Below are positions 26,745 to 41,891 of a DNA stretch of 64,000 nucleotides, in pieces. Below the pieces are notes generated by a model, which saw only the letters and a program-made list of their open reading frames with translations, was not told the origin of the DNA and ran no database searches. The stretch spans positions 105,772,001 to 105,836,000 of the forward strand of contig OZ024740.1 in the NCBI GenBank assembly GCA_964016885.1, written 5' to 3'. A program made the position numbers and the translations under genes. How positions within the stretch are numbered: position 1 is the stretch's first letter; each line of letters begins with the position of its first letter. The DNA is from Eledone cirrhosa (taxonomy: Eukaryota).

Positions 26745-27438
26745 CTGATGACGCAATGAAATTCTCAACAGTTCATTACGTAACTGTCTTTATCCCATTG
26801 CAGAAACTAATTAGTTGGAGTGAAAATTTAAGTAAGTTAATTTTTAAAAAAATTTTTTAAAAAAAATTTTCTTATTTTACGTCTTTTATATTATTGTTCT
26901 GCATTCTCCTGCATTGAACCACCTAGGTACTATGACATAACCTGTGTATTTGCTGGTATTAGCGTACATCTGTGCGCTTATGTTAGTAGATATATTAAAT
27001 TATCTATATTTATCTCCAAATCACTGATTTGTCGAGCAAACCTGCCAAAACCACTTCTAAAAGTTTTTTTGGGGGGTGTTAGTAGGCGCCTGTCATCTTA
27101 CCATCCCATTCCTACTGACTAGCCTCTGTGTCACGTGATTGATTCTTTAGAATCGGCCATATGATCAGTGGCAGTGAGAATTTTCAGTAGCTGGAATCCA
27201 GTCTTCGATAGCTGTTCCATTTACCGAATTATTATTATTTTTATATGAGTCCCCAGTGTCCGCGCATCGCCTGGAGACTCGGCTGAGAATGACCTCCCTG
27301 ATGACGCAATGAAATTCTCAACAGTTCATTACGTAACTGTCTTTATCCCATTGCAGAAACTAATTAGTTGGAGTGAAAATTTAAGTAAGTAAGTTAATTT
27401 TTTTTAATTTTTAAAAAAAAAAATGTTCTTCTTTTACG

Positions 27439-27446
<8 letters not shown>
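26745..27446 (+). mobile_element. Non-coding unit with two direct HHR-bearing repeats (26745-26890, 27298-27446)
   Basis: ~145-bp near-identical repeats 553 bp apart, no ORF between them, (TA)n on both sides. Confidence 0.75.
27294..27373 (+). ncRNA. Type I hammerhead (family E)
   Basis: ctcc-CTGATGA-(gcaatg..cattgc)-GAAA-ctaattag-TT-ggag. Confidence 0.8.
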
Positions 27447-27527
<81 letters not shown>

Positions 27528-27945
27528 TATAGATAGATAAATAGATAGATAGATAAGTTTAGCCCGGGTTCAATCGGGGGTAACCACAGTAAATAAGGTA
27601 CTCAATACATAGCAGAGTATAAATATATTACATATATATCGTCTATAATAGTGAGGTTATAGGAAATATATTTGCTATATTCCCTATTGTTCACATTACT
27701 TATTCAATGGGATATGGTTTGAACGTAAAAGCGAGCCTGTCTCAGAGTGGTAACAAAATGTATGTTTATACTGGGGCGGCCGCACGTGGTTTTCCTGGAG
27801 CTGTGTAAAGACACTTTTCCTACTATATCATGCGTTTAACTAATATATTTCTTCATTGTACTGCGCTGTTTGCTATACGTTTCTCTATACGTTTTACACA
27901 CACACACACGCACGCACACACACACACACACACACACACGCATAC

Positions 27946-28022
<77 letters not shown>

Positions 28023-28513
28023 AAGTTTGGGCATACCAAACCATGTCGATTGCAGAATACATCTCAGAAAGCTACACTGAGCTACTTGACTATGAAATGA
28101 CTTGATTTCGCTAGATACCTTATAGCACTAATTACAAGATGAGGTGAACAAATACTTGGCTTCTATATACTTGACAGATCATCATTCTGAAGAAAAAAAA
28201 ACAGACAGAAATAACAACAACAACAACAACAACAGAATCAGCATCAGCCGCATTAGTAACAGTAGCATCAGCTGTAGCAACAACAACACAAAATAAACTA
28301 AATTAAACGGAAATAAGAAGCAACGACACAGAAACAATGCGTCGGGCATGTGCAGAGTCCACTACATTCATGCAATATGAGTAAATTTATTAATTTTTTC
28401 ATTTTCAACTATTTGAAGGAGTTAAGTGCGTAGATATAAAAGATATGTTCCAAAGATGTATGCATCAGATTGAAAAGGAAAACAAGCTTAAACAAAGCGC
28501 ATAATATAAAAGA

Positions 28514-28583
<70 letters not shown>

Positions 28584-28914
28584 ACAAAAACAAACACAAT
28601 AGAAACAATATTTACACTCCTCCCCATGCAAGCATTATACGAGTAATCCAAGGAACGGTGGCGATTTGGAAGTGGTGATAGCTATAGACTATGAGACGGA
28701 AATTGTATTGTCATCGTCTGTGATATTAACTTCCCGTGAAATGTCAACAGTCACGGCATCTGAAGGTAAAATCATCCATTGTTGCTTTGTAAACGAAAAC
28801 AAGTATATTCTTGTATTCTTTTATTCCAATTAATATTTGCCAACGGGTCGGAATTGTGTGGTAAGAAGAAAGATTTTGATGATTTTCAATTATAGTTCTT
28901 CGTGTTGTCTGTCC

Positions 28915-29300
28915 ATTCTATTCTATTCCTTCACATTTTATTCTATTGTATTTTATCGTGTTTAGTTGTGTTCTCATTTAATAATCTACTGCATTCTAAT
29001 GTATTCTGTTATTCTACTCTGGTCTGTGTTTGTATTGTAATGTAGTTATTCTTTCGTAGTCTATTCTATTGTATGCTATTCTATAGAATTCTATTATATC
29101 CAAGTATATCATGTGTTATTCTATTGTATTCCATTATATTCCAGTATATCCTGTGTTATCCTATTGTATTCTATTATATTCTATAGTACTTTCTATCGTT
29201 CTGGATCATTATATTCTCTACAATTCTATCATATTCTATTGTCTTTTATTCTATTTTGCGTTAGTCTATTGGAATATATTGCATTTATATCATTATACTG
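28915..29300. repeat. Degenerate (TATTC)n-like pentamer repeat
   Basis: Recurrent ttcta/tattc/tattg units. Confidence 0.7.
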
Positions 29301-29884
29301 TATTCGTTTGTGTGTTCTTCGGAGAGTCAACGGCTATTGAATAGTGTGTGAAAAAAAACGGGTATATAGAGAGCTCTTTAGTCTTGGTTGGCAGTCTGTC
29401 TACAGGAAGGGTCACTTTGATTTCAAAACCGGTATAGATGGGTTTCCTTAGTACCTTGGTGACAACATTTCAAGTTGCCAACGGCTTTCGGTTCAGTAGC
29501 TAAATACCCAAAAAATGGCCAGAAGAGTATTTAGGACCCACCGGCGTCATATTTTCCCGATAAGAATTATGGACATAGAGCATTATCTAGATAAACATTG
29601 CTGCAATTTTCTATGGTCTCAGCAATGAGGATGTGAAGAGACCTGAACAGTTATCCTATCACGAATGTTTATATTCATTGTATTGTATAGCAGAGTATTT
29701 TGTGCTATTCTATTCAAGTGGATGTTTTTGTTGTATATTGACGTTGTGTTAATTTAAGAAACTCTATTTTAAAAGATTTTGCAACTCGATATCATATTAC
29801 TGTACTTATAGTAAATAGAGTAATAGATTAGCAATTAACTATGGGTAAGCAAACAGAAATACACGGCTATATACATGCATACAC

Positions 29885-30520
29885 GGCCACATACATACAT
29901 AGATACATGGTGGCTGCCAACTCGTTTTCGAGTACGGCCACTACTTTATATCCATGTAGGAGAACCCCTACCGATGTGCTGAACGAGTGTGACTTTTTAG
30001 TCCAGCCAGCGACTTGAAAACTCTGGTACAAACACTACACTTGTGACAATTACTGACACATAGTGCTGGGCCCATGGTACCATGTGACGACAAGTGCAGA
30101 GAGATCTCCAGATATAAAGCAATGCCTGTGCCGTGAAGCTTTTATAGTGAGCAAAAGGCACTGCACAAAGCCAGTCCCACTCTCTTAACCAAGATGATAT
30201 TTACCAAAAAGAAGAACAAGTCAACATCATTGGATACCATCAGGGTTGCAGGTGTTATATCAGAGTTTTCCTTCTCCTAGAATTCTGCCTTAACAAAGGA
30301 TAAGGGGTCATCTCTCCCGGTGATTTTGGATGGCCATTGACTCTTAAGAGCTCCTTTGCCCTTTGACAGGTTTTGATTTTAGTCCTGCAGGGTGTCCAAA
30401 GTCACCCTCCTCACCAAGAAACCTTGGAAGGGTTGCCATTTTAGTCGCCAACGACCCGACCATGAGACAGGTTGTACTGGGATACGTGTTACCAGTAGCA
30501 CCAACTGGTGATCTGACATA
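29885..30520 (-). mobile_element. Non-autonomous bipartite RTE derivative (~640 bp)
   Basis: 5' region (30130-30520) joined to C-terminal finger CSVCTRVFKSLAGLKSHTR (29970-30045) and 3'UTR/(ATGT)n. Confidence 0.65.
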
Positions 30521-30882
30521 AACATAGATACATAAATACATACATAAATACATGCATAAATACATACATATATACATGCATACATGCATACATATAAACA
30601 TACATGCATACATGCATACATACATGCATACATGCATACATATAAACATACATACATGCATACATACATACATATATGCATCCCTACATATAAACATACA
30701 TACATACATACATACATATATGCATACATACATATAAACATACATACATGCATACATACATACATATATACATACATGCATACATGCATACATGCATACA
30801 TACGTATATACATACATACATGCATACATGCATACATACATACTTACATACATACAAACTTACATACATATACACACATATT

Positions 30883-30976
<94 letters not shown>

Positions 30977-31328
30977 AGCAACACCGAGGAATGGACGGAT
31001 ATGTTGTATTTGCGTAAAAGCCACATTTAGCAATAAGATATATCGTTATTAGATACTACACACAACATATGTAATACCGTTATATAAATATCTTAAACAA
31101 TTGATGAATATTTTGATTCATGACATTATTTATGGACACAAAAATCAAACAGAAGCTGTACAACTCGCTACGTTGGCCATATGTAAATATTCTATTCTAT
31201 CCTGTTAGTTCTAAATATCTTACCAATTATATTGAGGAGACACAATAATGCAGCTAGAAAGCTAGAATAGAAGAAACAATTTATAATATCTAATATGAGA
31301 AAGCAGTGGAATTGTTGAAGCGCTATAT

Positions 31329-33800
31329 CTTCTTCTTCTTCTTCTTCTTCTTCTTCTTCTTCTTCTTCTTCTTCTTCTTGAGAGCGTCATATGAGCATTA
31401 CTGCACAAGCCCCTGCAATTCTTCAACTTAATTCAGCCCCCTGAGAACACGGCCTCGAGATACTTGAACTTTTCCACCTGAGTCAGTGGAACACCACTCA
31501 CATGTAGAGTTCACTGCTCACACTTCCTTGAGCGGACGAGTGTCTGAATTTTCGCTGCACTGATTTCATTCCAGCCATGCAGCACTCAGCATCAAACCTA
31601 TCAAGTGTAAGTCAGAGGCCACCTTCTGTCGAGTTAAGTAACACCATGTCGTCTGAAAATTCCAGCCGACTGATTTTACACTCGCCAGTCGTGATACCAC
31701 TTCCAACCTAGCTGCGCATGTCAATCCTTTTCATAAAAATAATGAATAGAAGTGACAGTACGCACCCTTGTGGGAGTCTGACTCCCACATTCAAAGATTT
31801 CAATTTAGCACCATTTATCCGAACACAAATACTCGGGCATTCTTATAGCGACATAAGGACAACAAGATCCTATACTCATGAACAGCCTTCTACACCAGAT
31901 CCCGAGGTTATATACCTTTTTGAGGTCTACAAAACAAGAATATACTTTTTGGCAATACTCCCACGATTTCTCGAAGACCTGCCGCAGTATGAACATGTGG
32001 TTGGCTGAGATTCATCCGGGGCGAAGACCGCATAGTTCATCAGCTCGACAATCTCCCTACATATCTTTGCCAGACACTTAGCATAGACTTTACCATGAAG
32101 GTTTAACAAGGAGATCCCTCTATAATTGGTACAACCTCTCTTGCTTCTCTTTTTGAAAATTGGGATTATCACTCCTGATTGCCATTGCTTAGGTGCCTTT
32201 CCAGAGATCCAGGCCACCCGGAACACATAAGTCAGCCACAGACTGCCATCTTTATTTAAAGATTTCAAAAAAATGGAGTAGATTTATTTTCCCCAGCAGC
32301 CTTGCCACATATGCGCTCTTTAATTGCTTTTGTGATCTCAGCTTCCGGGATATTAATCATCAGCCCCAGATGCATCTCGTGTACATCAGAAGATGCTTTT
32401 GTGATCGGATTTAGATCAGCAAAGTATTCTCTCACCCTCGCGAGAATGCACCTCTCTGGAGGGATAGGAGAAACCCTGACGCGTTCCTGATAGCAGGAGT
32501 AGAGGAGGACTTCTTATTACGAAATCGGCTGATGGTCTGCCAGAACACTTTATTTGTTAATCTGAAGTCGGATTCCTGTTTAACCTCAGTCTTCCGATGA
32601 CTTAAGTTTGGATGCCTTTACTGATTCTACTGTGATTCTTCGTACTTGCTTGTACTTCACGTGCAAGAAAGATGACCTACATTGTAAGTCTTCCTTTTTG
32701 CTCGGATGTCATCTTTGACCTCTTGATTAAACCAAGGAGTTCTCCTGCTATCCGGTGCCACGCCAAGACTCTTTCTTCCACAGCATTTAACAGCTGAAGC
32801 AGAGACAGCTGATCTGAACAATCTCCACTCTGTCTCATCATCATCACTTTGCTCAGGGAGTTCTCTGAATTTGGATGCAATAGTATCTGCATATCTGGTC
32901 ATGACTTTCTTATCCACCAAATATTCCCACTTGATCCTCTTGGTCGCCCTGGATAAAGTGGTTTTAGGTAGTCTCAAGCTGCAGATAACTAGATGGTGAT
33001 CAGTTGACATCCAGCACAGAATTGAAGATATCAGAAACAATAAGAAAACCAGTTATTGATCATTGTCTCTGATTTCACTTATACCATATTTATGTATGTC
33101 AGTGCGCTGGAAGGTGTTCATAATAAAGATTCCATTGCTAGAACAGAAGTCTAGTAAGTCCTCTCCATTAATATTTAGATCGAGATTGCCGTTTCTTCCA
33201 ATCACTCCTTTCCATGTCAGGTGGTCAGTGCCATCATGTGCATTGAAGTCTCTCCTCAGAATATATGACTTAGTCATAGCTACATCTAATGCTGCAGTGA
33301 CTTCCTCAAAGAAGGATCTGTATTCGCACTCGTTGTTTGGTGCATAAACTTGCACCACCCACAGAGACTTATCTTCCAGCCTAAGCTTCAAGAGGCAAAT
33401 CGTCCATCCTAGTGGTATCCAGGTATCTGACAGCAGGAGACTTGTGAGTATACTCACCGCCCGTGCAGTCATTTCTGGCGCCACACCTGAATAGTGGAAT
33501 TTCCATCCTCTATCCAAATCTACAGTACCAGAGCCACAAAACTTTGTTGAGGAAACTCCCATTATATCCATCCGGTAGCATCTATTGTCCTCCATTAGTT
33601 CCTGTTCCTTACCTGTAAGGGTTGTGATGTTCCGGGTTCCAAATATCAAGCTTTGCACGCTTCCGAACCCTCTTAGGGGTCTCGGGAAACAGAATCTTTG
33701 TGCGTCACTCCCACGCCTCTCAGGTTAGGTTGCAGGTCCATCACCAGTGTTTACGGCACGAAATATATTTTTCGAATAGGCCCCTCTACCTAAAGCCTGA
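31329..33800 (-). mobile_element. Degenerate RTE LINE (APE endonuclease + RT) with (GAA)n tail
   Basis: 33053-33658 GTRNITTL, QVYAPN, DFNAH; 32657-33040 TDHHLV, TPWFN; 31927-32268 PIFKK..NYRGISLL; (CTT)n at 31329-31379. Confidence 0.85.
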
Positions 33801-35435
33801 ACGCTTTCCTTGTTAATCCGCGCGAAGGATGATGCAGTATGGTTCTTTTTGTTACCTCTCAACATATTGCAGTTTTAGTGGTCTTATTCGTGCCAGTCAC
33901 CAATCTTGTATTTTTTCAAACCCGTAAAGACTATGCTTTTTTAGAGACGGCCTTTCCTTGCCTCGTCATTGCTACTGGGTTGTGAGAGTTTTCTTTGGAA
34001 CTTTGGAACTATAGGTGTCACCCATTGTTCCATGTCCTGTAGTATCCATTATCTGCGACTCGTTCCCTAGCAGAACAGCTCTCATGAGAAGTGGTATATC
34101 GTCGAAAAAATTCCCCTGCGTCGTTTAACATGGCTCTTTTATTTTGAGCTCAAATATCGCCGATGTCAGCTTCAACTTTCATCTTTTTTTAGTAGATAAA
34201 TAAGTAATTCTTAGGCCCATGGACTAACTTAGTGGTGAGATTGCAGGGCAGGATTCCTTGCTGTGTTATTTCTGACAGTTTATATTCAAAGTTGAAATCT
34301 CTCGATAGCTTACCAGCCACTATGGATATGATCAGAACTACACAATGTACACATCTACTGCAGTCATGGATAGCATTACAGCAATCGAAGCATTGCTGAG
34401 AATAAACGATACTATTTTACTAGTTCTAGCCTGCAGACTGAGGTCATGCTGAAGCACCGATACTAACTGATACCTGATGGTGTTGAATATGGTAGGGTGA
34501 ATGACATACTCTGCAGTGTAATAGAATATACGGATTTTGGGCTGAATATGGAATGGTGAATGGCAGATACTCTGCAGTGTAATAGATAGGATCATTACCC
34601 GATAAGTGAAATATACGGATTTTGTGTATTGTTAGTGGTTTCTTTTTCCTCTTACTATTTTCTCTTAAATAAGAGTTTATAATGTTCACACATTACTTAC
34701 ATTTAAATATTAGACTTTAATTCAAAGTATATCATTCTTTGATGAAAGTTCAATCAGTTTGTTGGTCTATAGAGATCGCGGCTATCAATGTTAAATGATT
34801 CGAATTTCAAAGGTCAGTCGACGTTGACATTTCGCATGCGGTTATATAAATCTACCACACATGTAGGCAACGAAAAGTTTTGAAATGAAAACACGAAGAG
34901 CCAGAAAAATACGATGTGCAGCCACATATCCACCGTCCTAGACTGGTACATTTTAAATCTACAGTCAATCAACCGCTCTAGATGGGTAATTTATTTATTG
35001 AGCGCGAATAAAAGGCGAGGTTGATCCAGGCGAGATTTGAACGCAGTTCGCAAGAAACCTGAAAATCTATTGCAATTTATTTAGTCCAAGGCGACAACGC
35101 ACATCCCAATTCACCGCTGAAAATAATCAACATATTACCAGACATGCGAAATCTGATGAATATGGAAATCTGATGAATATGGAAATCATTCAGGATTTAG
35201 CTAAAAATATTCTGTAGAGTAACACTAAATATAGTTTCATAGAAGAGTTAATCAGAAGCTCTATATTAGTCACGGAGGAGAACGGTAGCTTACATTTACT
35301 GCAAATTTAAATCCAGCGTTATTCGGTTATAAATTACTACTACTACTACTACTACATATATATATGTAGATATGCACACATAAATATATACACATGTATG
35401 AATGTATTATGTATTATGTATTATGTTCAATGTAC

Positions 35436-35520
<85 letters not shown>

Positions 35521-35594
35521 AGTGTGTATATACATGCATATATATTTTTCCCACGCACACACTACAAGTACACATACATACCTATATATATATT

Positions 35595-35702
<108 letters not shown>

Positions 35703-35989
35703 AAGAGAGAGAGAGAGAGAGAGTGAGAGAGAGGGAGGTAGTTATATAGAAAGAAAGAATGAAAGTTGGAAATTATGAAAAACGTATTTTAACATTTAAA
35801 TTCAGACCAGACATATCGCATTGAAAGTTCGTGGTAAAAATAGAAAATTTCCAACTTTATATAAAATCTAATCTGTTTACTGCAGAGCCCATTATAGAAT
35901 GCTCGCGAAATATTTTTCTTTGTATATATATATATACATCAATAACAACCAAACAACCACACAGACATCAAACTTCATGATAGTGAGGA

Positions 35990-37130
35990 GATCCAATGAA
36001 GAACTGATGGCACGAATTGAGGATTTTGAGAGAGATGGTGAGATTCTTTTACCAGCACGTTTAAAATGTCACAAACACTAATGATCGTGTGAATGTCTAT
36101 TGAGACATACAAAAACATTAGTGACAAGCTTTGACACGAAGATGGTGGCAGACTATCTCGACTTTCGAAACAAGATGCGGAATATTTCGAAAAGCCGATA
36201 ACTGCGGCCAACATTTGGAAAAACCATTAGCCGTATGAGGCGCAAGTCGGCCGGTCTGGATGGTCTACTTTACGATTTTAAGTAGACACATCAAACTTGT
36301 TCTCTGATGTTCTCGAAGCTGTCTACTGCAACTGGCATCAGAACGGGAGGACTCCCAGTACTGTCATTCGAGGTGTAGTAATGCTGATAAGATAAGACGA
36401 GAACAAGGGGTAAGTTACCTATAATGTCTTCGAAGCAGCCGGTTTCGGTCATGTTTTCAGAGACTGGGTCGCTGTAATGCGCAGCAGCATGTACTCGGTG
36501 GCTAGAGTAAATCGTCACCTATTGGAATCGTTTCAGATCACGCGCTCGGTCCTTCAAGGATGCCCTCTCTCCTTTCTGTATGTGCTGGCTTTCGAGAGTT
36601 ATTATTACAGAAGCTGGAGCTGGTGCACGGCATCTCGCTCGAACCAAGACATAGAAGAGACGCGTCGCCATATGCGTATTATGTTGCCGTGATAGTAATG
36701 AACACTTCGGAAATAGAGATTGGCGGCAACTTCTTAGAGGAATATTAAAGGTTGAAGGAACAATAATCAACTTAGATAAGCCGCTGGGTTTGCAGCTCGG
36801 CACCCGGAGTGCCAAATCCATGTCATTCAACAGGGTCGCCGGACACTGGGTGGAGGGATCAGTGGAGTTGCTCGGGGTCTGGTTCTGTCCGGACCTCCAG
36901 GTGGATAGGAACTAGGAAAAAGTAACGAGCAGAGATGGACTGAGAGGAAGCTATTACTGAAAGATCGAGCGGAGGTGGTGAACGCGTATATCGCTTCTGT
37001 CATCTATTACCACCTGACCGTCGTGCCTTGTCCCAGTTCGCGCCTTACCAGATTCGAGCACCTGCCCTTTCACTTCTTATGGAAGGGATAGGTTCCACTG
37101 GTTAGCCGGTTAATTTATTACCAATACAAT
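35990..37130 (+). pseudogene. Degenerate Tx1-clade LINE RT fragment
   Basis: KSAGLDGL.YDF (~36244), RSVLQGCPLS..LYVLA.E, LLGVWF; homologous to 46891-47370. Confidence 0.75.
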
Positions 37131-37296
37131 GAATTGCTGAATACTGCTATGTGCCTCTCTGGCATATGCAGAGTTGTGTTTGATGGTGTAGTTTCTATTG
37201 TATTTATTACATATCATAATATGTATGCGGTGCCTAGTGGTGCTATTTTCTTTATTCTGAATATATTTGCTGTATATATGTTTTGTGGCATATCCA

Positions 37297-37650
37297 CTTG
37301 GAGGTCCGGACAGAACCAGACCCGAGTAACTCGACTGATCCCTCCGTCCAGCGTCCAGCGACCCCGTTGAAGGACATGGATTTGGCTCTCCAGATGCCGA
37401 GCTGCAAACCCAGCGACTTCTCTAAGTTGATTATTGTTCCTGTCAACCTTTAATATTCCTCTAAGAAGTTGCTGCCAATCTCTATTTCCGCAGTGTTCAT
37501 CACTATCACGGCAACATAGTACGCATATGTCGACACATCTCTTCCACGTTTTGGTTCATGCTGGATGCCGTGCACCAGCTCCAGCTTCCGCAATAATGAC
37601 TCGAAGGCCAGCACATACAGAAGGGAGGAGTTAGGGTATCCTTGAAGGAT
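37297..37650 (-). pseudogene. Inverted second copy of Tx1 segment 36550-36903
   Basis: Reverse-complement similarity along the whole segment. Confidence 0.8.
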
Positions 37651-38310
37651 CGAGGTTAGCTTTGCTTTTCATCTTACAGGGTCGATAAAATAAAGCACCA
37701 GAAATCCACTGGGGTCGATTTAATCGACTTTCCCTTCCCGCCAAATTGCTGGCCTTGTGCCTATAGAATAAATAATATTATTATAATTATTATTATCAAA
37801 TCTTACATCCAGCTCCAATTTTCTAGACGCACAACAACCATTACTACGGAAATAATGCGGTGATGCACATATCCATCTTGTTAAACAGCTTGCAGTTCGC
37901 CATCCAGTATTCAGTCGAGATGATAGTCTAACATCAACAGTGTTCAAAGAAAACAGACACCAAGGCAACAGGTGTTTCTGGGAAAATGCCACACTATATA
38001 ATAATAGCAGATTGGAAGAAGCGATATATATATATCATAAAACATGTCTATAGAATCACCAGATAAAATATATACCATTTCCTCTCCCAACTAGCATAAT
38101 TAACCATATAAAAAATCGATTAGACCAAGCTATAAGAATAAAGGCTTCTATAAAGAAATATCCGACAAATAACCGAAAGCAGCCATTCGCGCCGGCTGCG
38201 GCGGGGCATTTATCGAGTATTTCGACAGCGTGTACAAATCACCCAGATATACAGTCAACAAGCAGAGTTAGGTGAAAAATTAACTAGGAGAAAAGTGAAC
38301 ATATTTAGTT

Positions 38311-38388
38311 ACCTCTACCATGGTTTCGTCCGCATTTTAAGATATCCGATAACATCGGGCATCCAGAGCACCGGACTCTTCAGGAAGT
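38311..38388 (-). ncRNA. Type I hammerhead
   Basis: Minus strand acttc-CTGAAGA-gtccg..cggac-GAAA-ccatgg-TA-gaggt; lies between direct repeats 38036-38199 and 38831-38994. Confidence 0.8.
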
Positions 38389-38588
38389 TAGCTCAAACTT
38401 AGACAATAAATTTTCCAAAGTGATCGCGCCAAGAATACATTCAAAAAGGGTTAAGAATCGTGACGTAGCAGCAGTCAGGTTAGAAAGAATGTGATTGGTT
38501 GCTTACGGCTGGTGGCATTTTGCTAGAAAGCGCAGCATAATACTGGCAAAATTGCATCTCAACCTAAGGGAGATTATTACATATAAAG

Positions 38589-38692
<104 letters not shown>

Positions 38693-38710
38693 GTGTGTGT
38701 GTGCGTGTGT

Positions 38711-38769
<59 letters not shown>

Positions 38770-39008
38770 GCAACGGGTCACTTTGTGGCTCAATGAACAG
38801 TTAATACATTAAATAATCAGAGCTATAAATCATAAAACATGTCTATAGAATCACCAGATAAAATATATACCATTTCCTCTCCCAACTAGCATAATTAACC
38901 ATATAAAAAATCGATTAGACCAAGCTATAAGAATAAAGGCTTCTATGAATAAATCTCCGACAAAAAACCGAAAGCAGCCCTTCGCGCCGGCTGCAACTAC
39001 AGTTTTAT

Positions 39009-39102
<94 letters not shown>

Positions 39103-39784
39103 GAATAATCGAGTATCGAAAAATCGGCGCACGAGTTCACGATAAACAAAATTCGAGATGAGCGGCAGAGGGCTCTATAATTCAGATAAATTAGAGCTAT
39201 AACTATCGTTAAATACCGTCACACGTAGAATATGTCTACAATCAACCAAATAACCGATAAGTTCGATATGGAAGATTCGGGACACTCAGATAAAATATCA
39301 ATAAATCAATAAATGAAATGAATGTAAAATGCATACCCGGACCCACTAGAGAGATGGAATATCTAGCTTCTTGGGTTTCTGTAAATCCTTAAACCGTCAT
39401 CTATCAGCTCATATAAAAATATAAGACTTACAGATGGCGGGGGACTGGAGTTACTTTATCAACGAGCTTCGTCCGAATGGATAGAAAGACAAGACCCATG
39501 CTAAAAATACGCACATGGATTTCAGCAAGGGAGATAACCTTTATATCCGCAAAAAAATATTCGGAAAAGTGTGGCAAAAAACACATATCGAATAAGAGTG
39601 CTCAATAGACATGTTAAAATAAACAGGGGCTATTCATCATTTAATAGAATCGACAAAAAATGAACAATAAAATTAACTGGTCAATAGCTAAGTCTAGAGC
39701 TAAATATAGTAGAATAATCGAGTATCGAAAAATCGGCGCACGAGTTCACGATAAACAAAATTCGAGATGAGCGGCAGAGGGCTA

Positions 39785-40051
<267 letters not shown>

Positions 40052-40128
40052 ATATTAAAACTTTTATACTCTGCTATGTATTGAGTACCTTACTTACTGT
40101 GGTTACCTCCGATTCAACCCGGAATAAC

Positions 40129-40219
<91 letters not shown>

Positions 40220-40431
40220 AAACTGTAGTTGTCTGTGTATGCGTGTGTCCGTGTCCTCGTTTTTGCAAAGTCTATACAAATCCACATTTCTACTCTGATT
40301 GACTTCGAACTTGCATTTATATTTTCCTTGCGGTATGTCTGACTATCTGCATTACGACATTCTGATGAACACGTCATTGCTGACGTATTATCTTCGCTAC
40401 ATTCACACACACATATATAATATATATATAC

Positions 40432-40462
<31 letters not shown>

Positions 40463-40638
40463 CACATATGTATATACACATATATACATATACAAACGCA
40501 TATATACGCATATACATACACACATATATATATATATATACATATACAAACACATATACACATATATATGTATACATATACATATACATATACATATATA
40601 TAAATATACACATTAAAAAAATAAATATATATATATAT

Positions 40639-40757
<119 letters not shown>

Positions 40758-40760
40758 TAT

Positions 40761-40803
40761 ACGTTGCTGACGATAGCTAATAAGCTTGAAACTAGTAGAG
40801 CGT
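40761..40803 (+). ncRNA. Minimal type I hammerhead
   Basis: acgttg-CTGACGA-tagc taataa gctt-GAAA-ctag-TA-gagcgt; first stem I pair is a G.G mismatch. Confidence 0.65.
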
Positions 40804-41064
40804 TCCTTTGTCAGTGTTGAACAAACGGGCAACGATGGTTGCTGGACACTACGGCTTAATACGGGATGTTTGTTTACAAACACACCGAGCATTATAATAA
40901 ATATTCGGTGAATCCATACGTACATATATATGTGTGCATGTAAGTATATATATATATACATACTACTGTACGTCTGTATACATATATGTATGTACGTGTA
41001 CATACTTATATTTAAGTAACAGCCGTACTAAGAGTGGGAAATGAAATTTCGTTTCATTTTTTCC

Positions 41065-41105
<41 letters not shown>

Positions 41106-41815
41106 TACATTGTAGGTCGATTTAACCCGTCTTTTATTATTCAAAAAACTTCTTGCCAATAAACATTAACCCTTTGTGCACCATTCATCTAACTGTAGAC
41201 CAACAAATACCAAGTAAACGGAGCATTGACAAGAACGATGGCGAATGAATCTTCGAGATAAGCAGTTTCCTCCCGAGCTGTTACTTCACGTGGGATTCTC
41301 TGCTACACCTTTTCGTAATAATACCGAACAACGTACTGCTGGTCACTCCTTCCTCCAAAAGCCGTACAAAGCGGACATGTGCATCGGGCAGATGGATCGG
41401 GTGCAAATCTACACCGGACCTACACGAGAAATTCGCAAGGGACTGCACCGAGAGGGATAGATAGATAGTGTAAATTAGTGGAAAGAGTGCAAATGAACTT
41501 TTGAGGTAAGTAGCCTACGCCTTACTGCTATGACACTGGAACCTTCTGCCAACTTAACCTGTGACTTTCACTTTCACATTTACTCCAAAGGGTCAAAACA
41601 GAGGAGTATGAAAAGAAGGGGCTCAACAATATTTCTATGAACAATGCACGTAGACAGCTAAACTGTACTTTCAACTTCTTAATTTTCTCCAAATAAAACA
41701 AGTTTCCTGTCGGTATATTTTCGTGAGTTTTTAACAGGCACTTACAAATAAACGTGTCTCATTGGAGGTGATATTACCAATGTTCTTACCCGTGCAACGC
41801 CGGCATACACTGCTA

Positions 41816-41887
<72 letters not shown>

Positions 41888-41891
<4 letters not shown>

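Noticed and set aside
28630-28770. Cadherin-like IDYE peptide (plus) or short terminal exon (minus)
   Set aside because: No other cadherin motifs or partner exons; cannot be supported without transcript data.
35148-35188. CTGATGA..GAAA twice
   Set aside because: 17-bp tandem duplication without stem I or stem II pairing.
40362-40389. CTGATGA followed by an acgtca/tgacgt hairpin
   Set aside because: No GAAA or cleavage arm; at best a truncated half-HHR.
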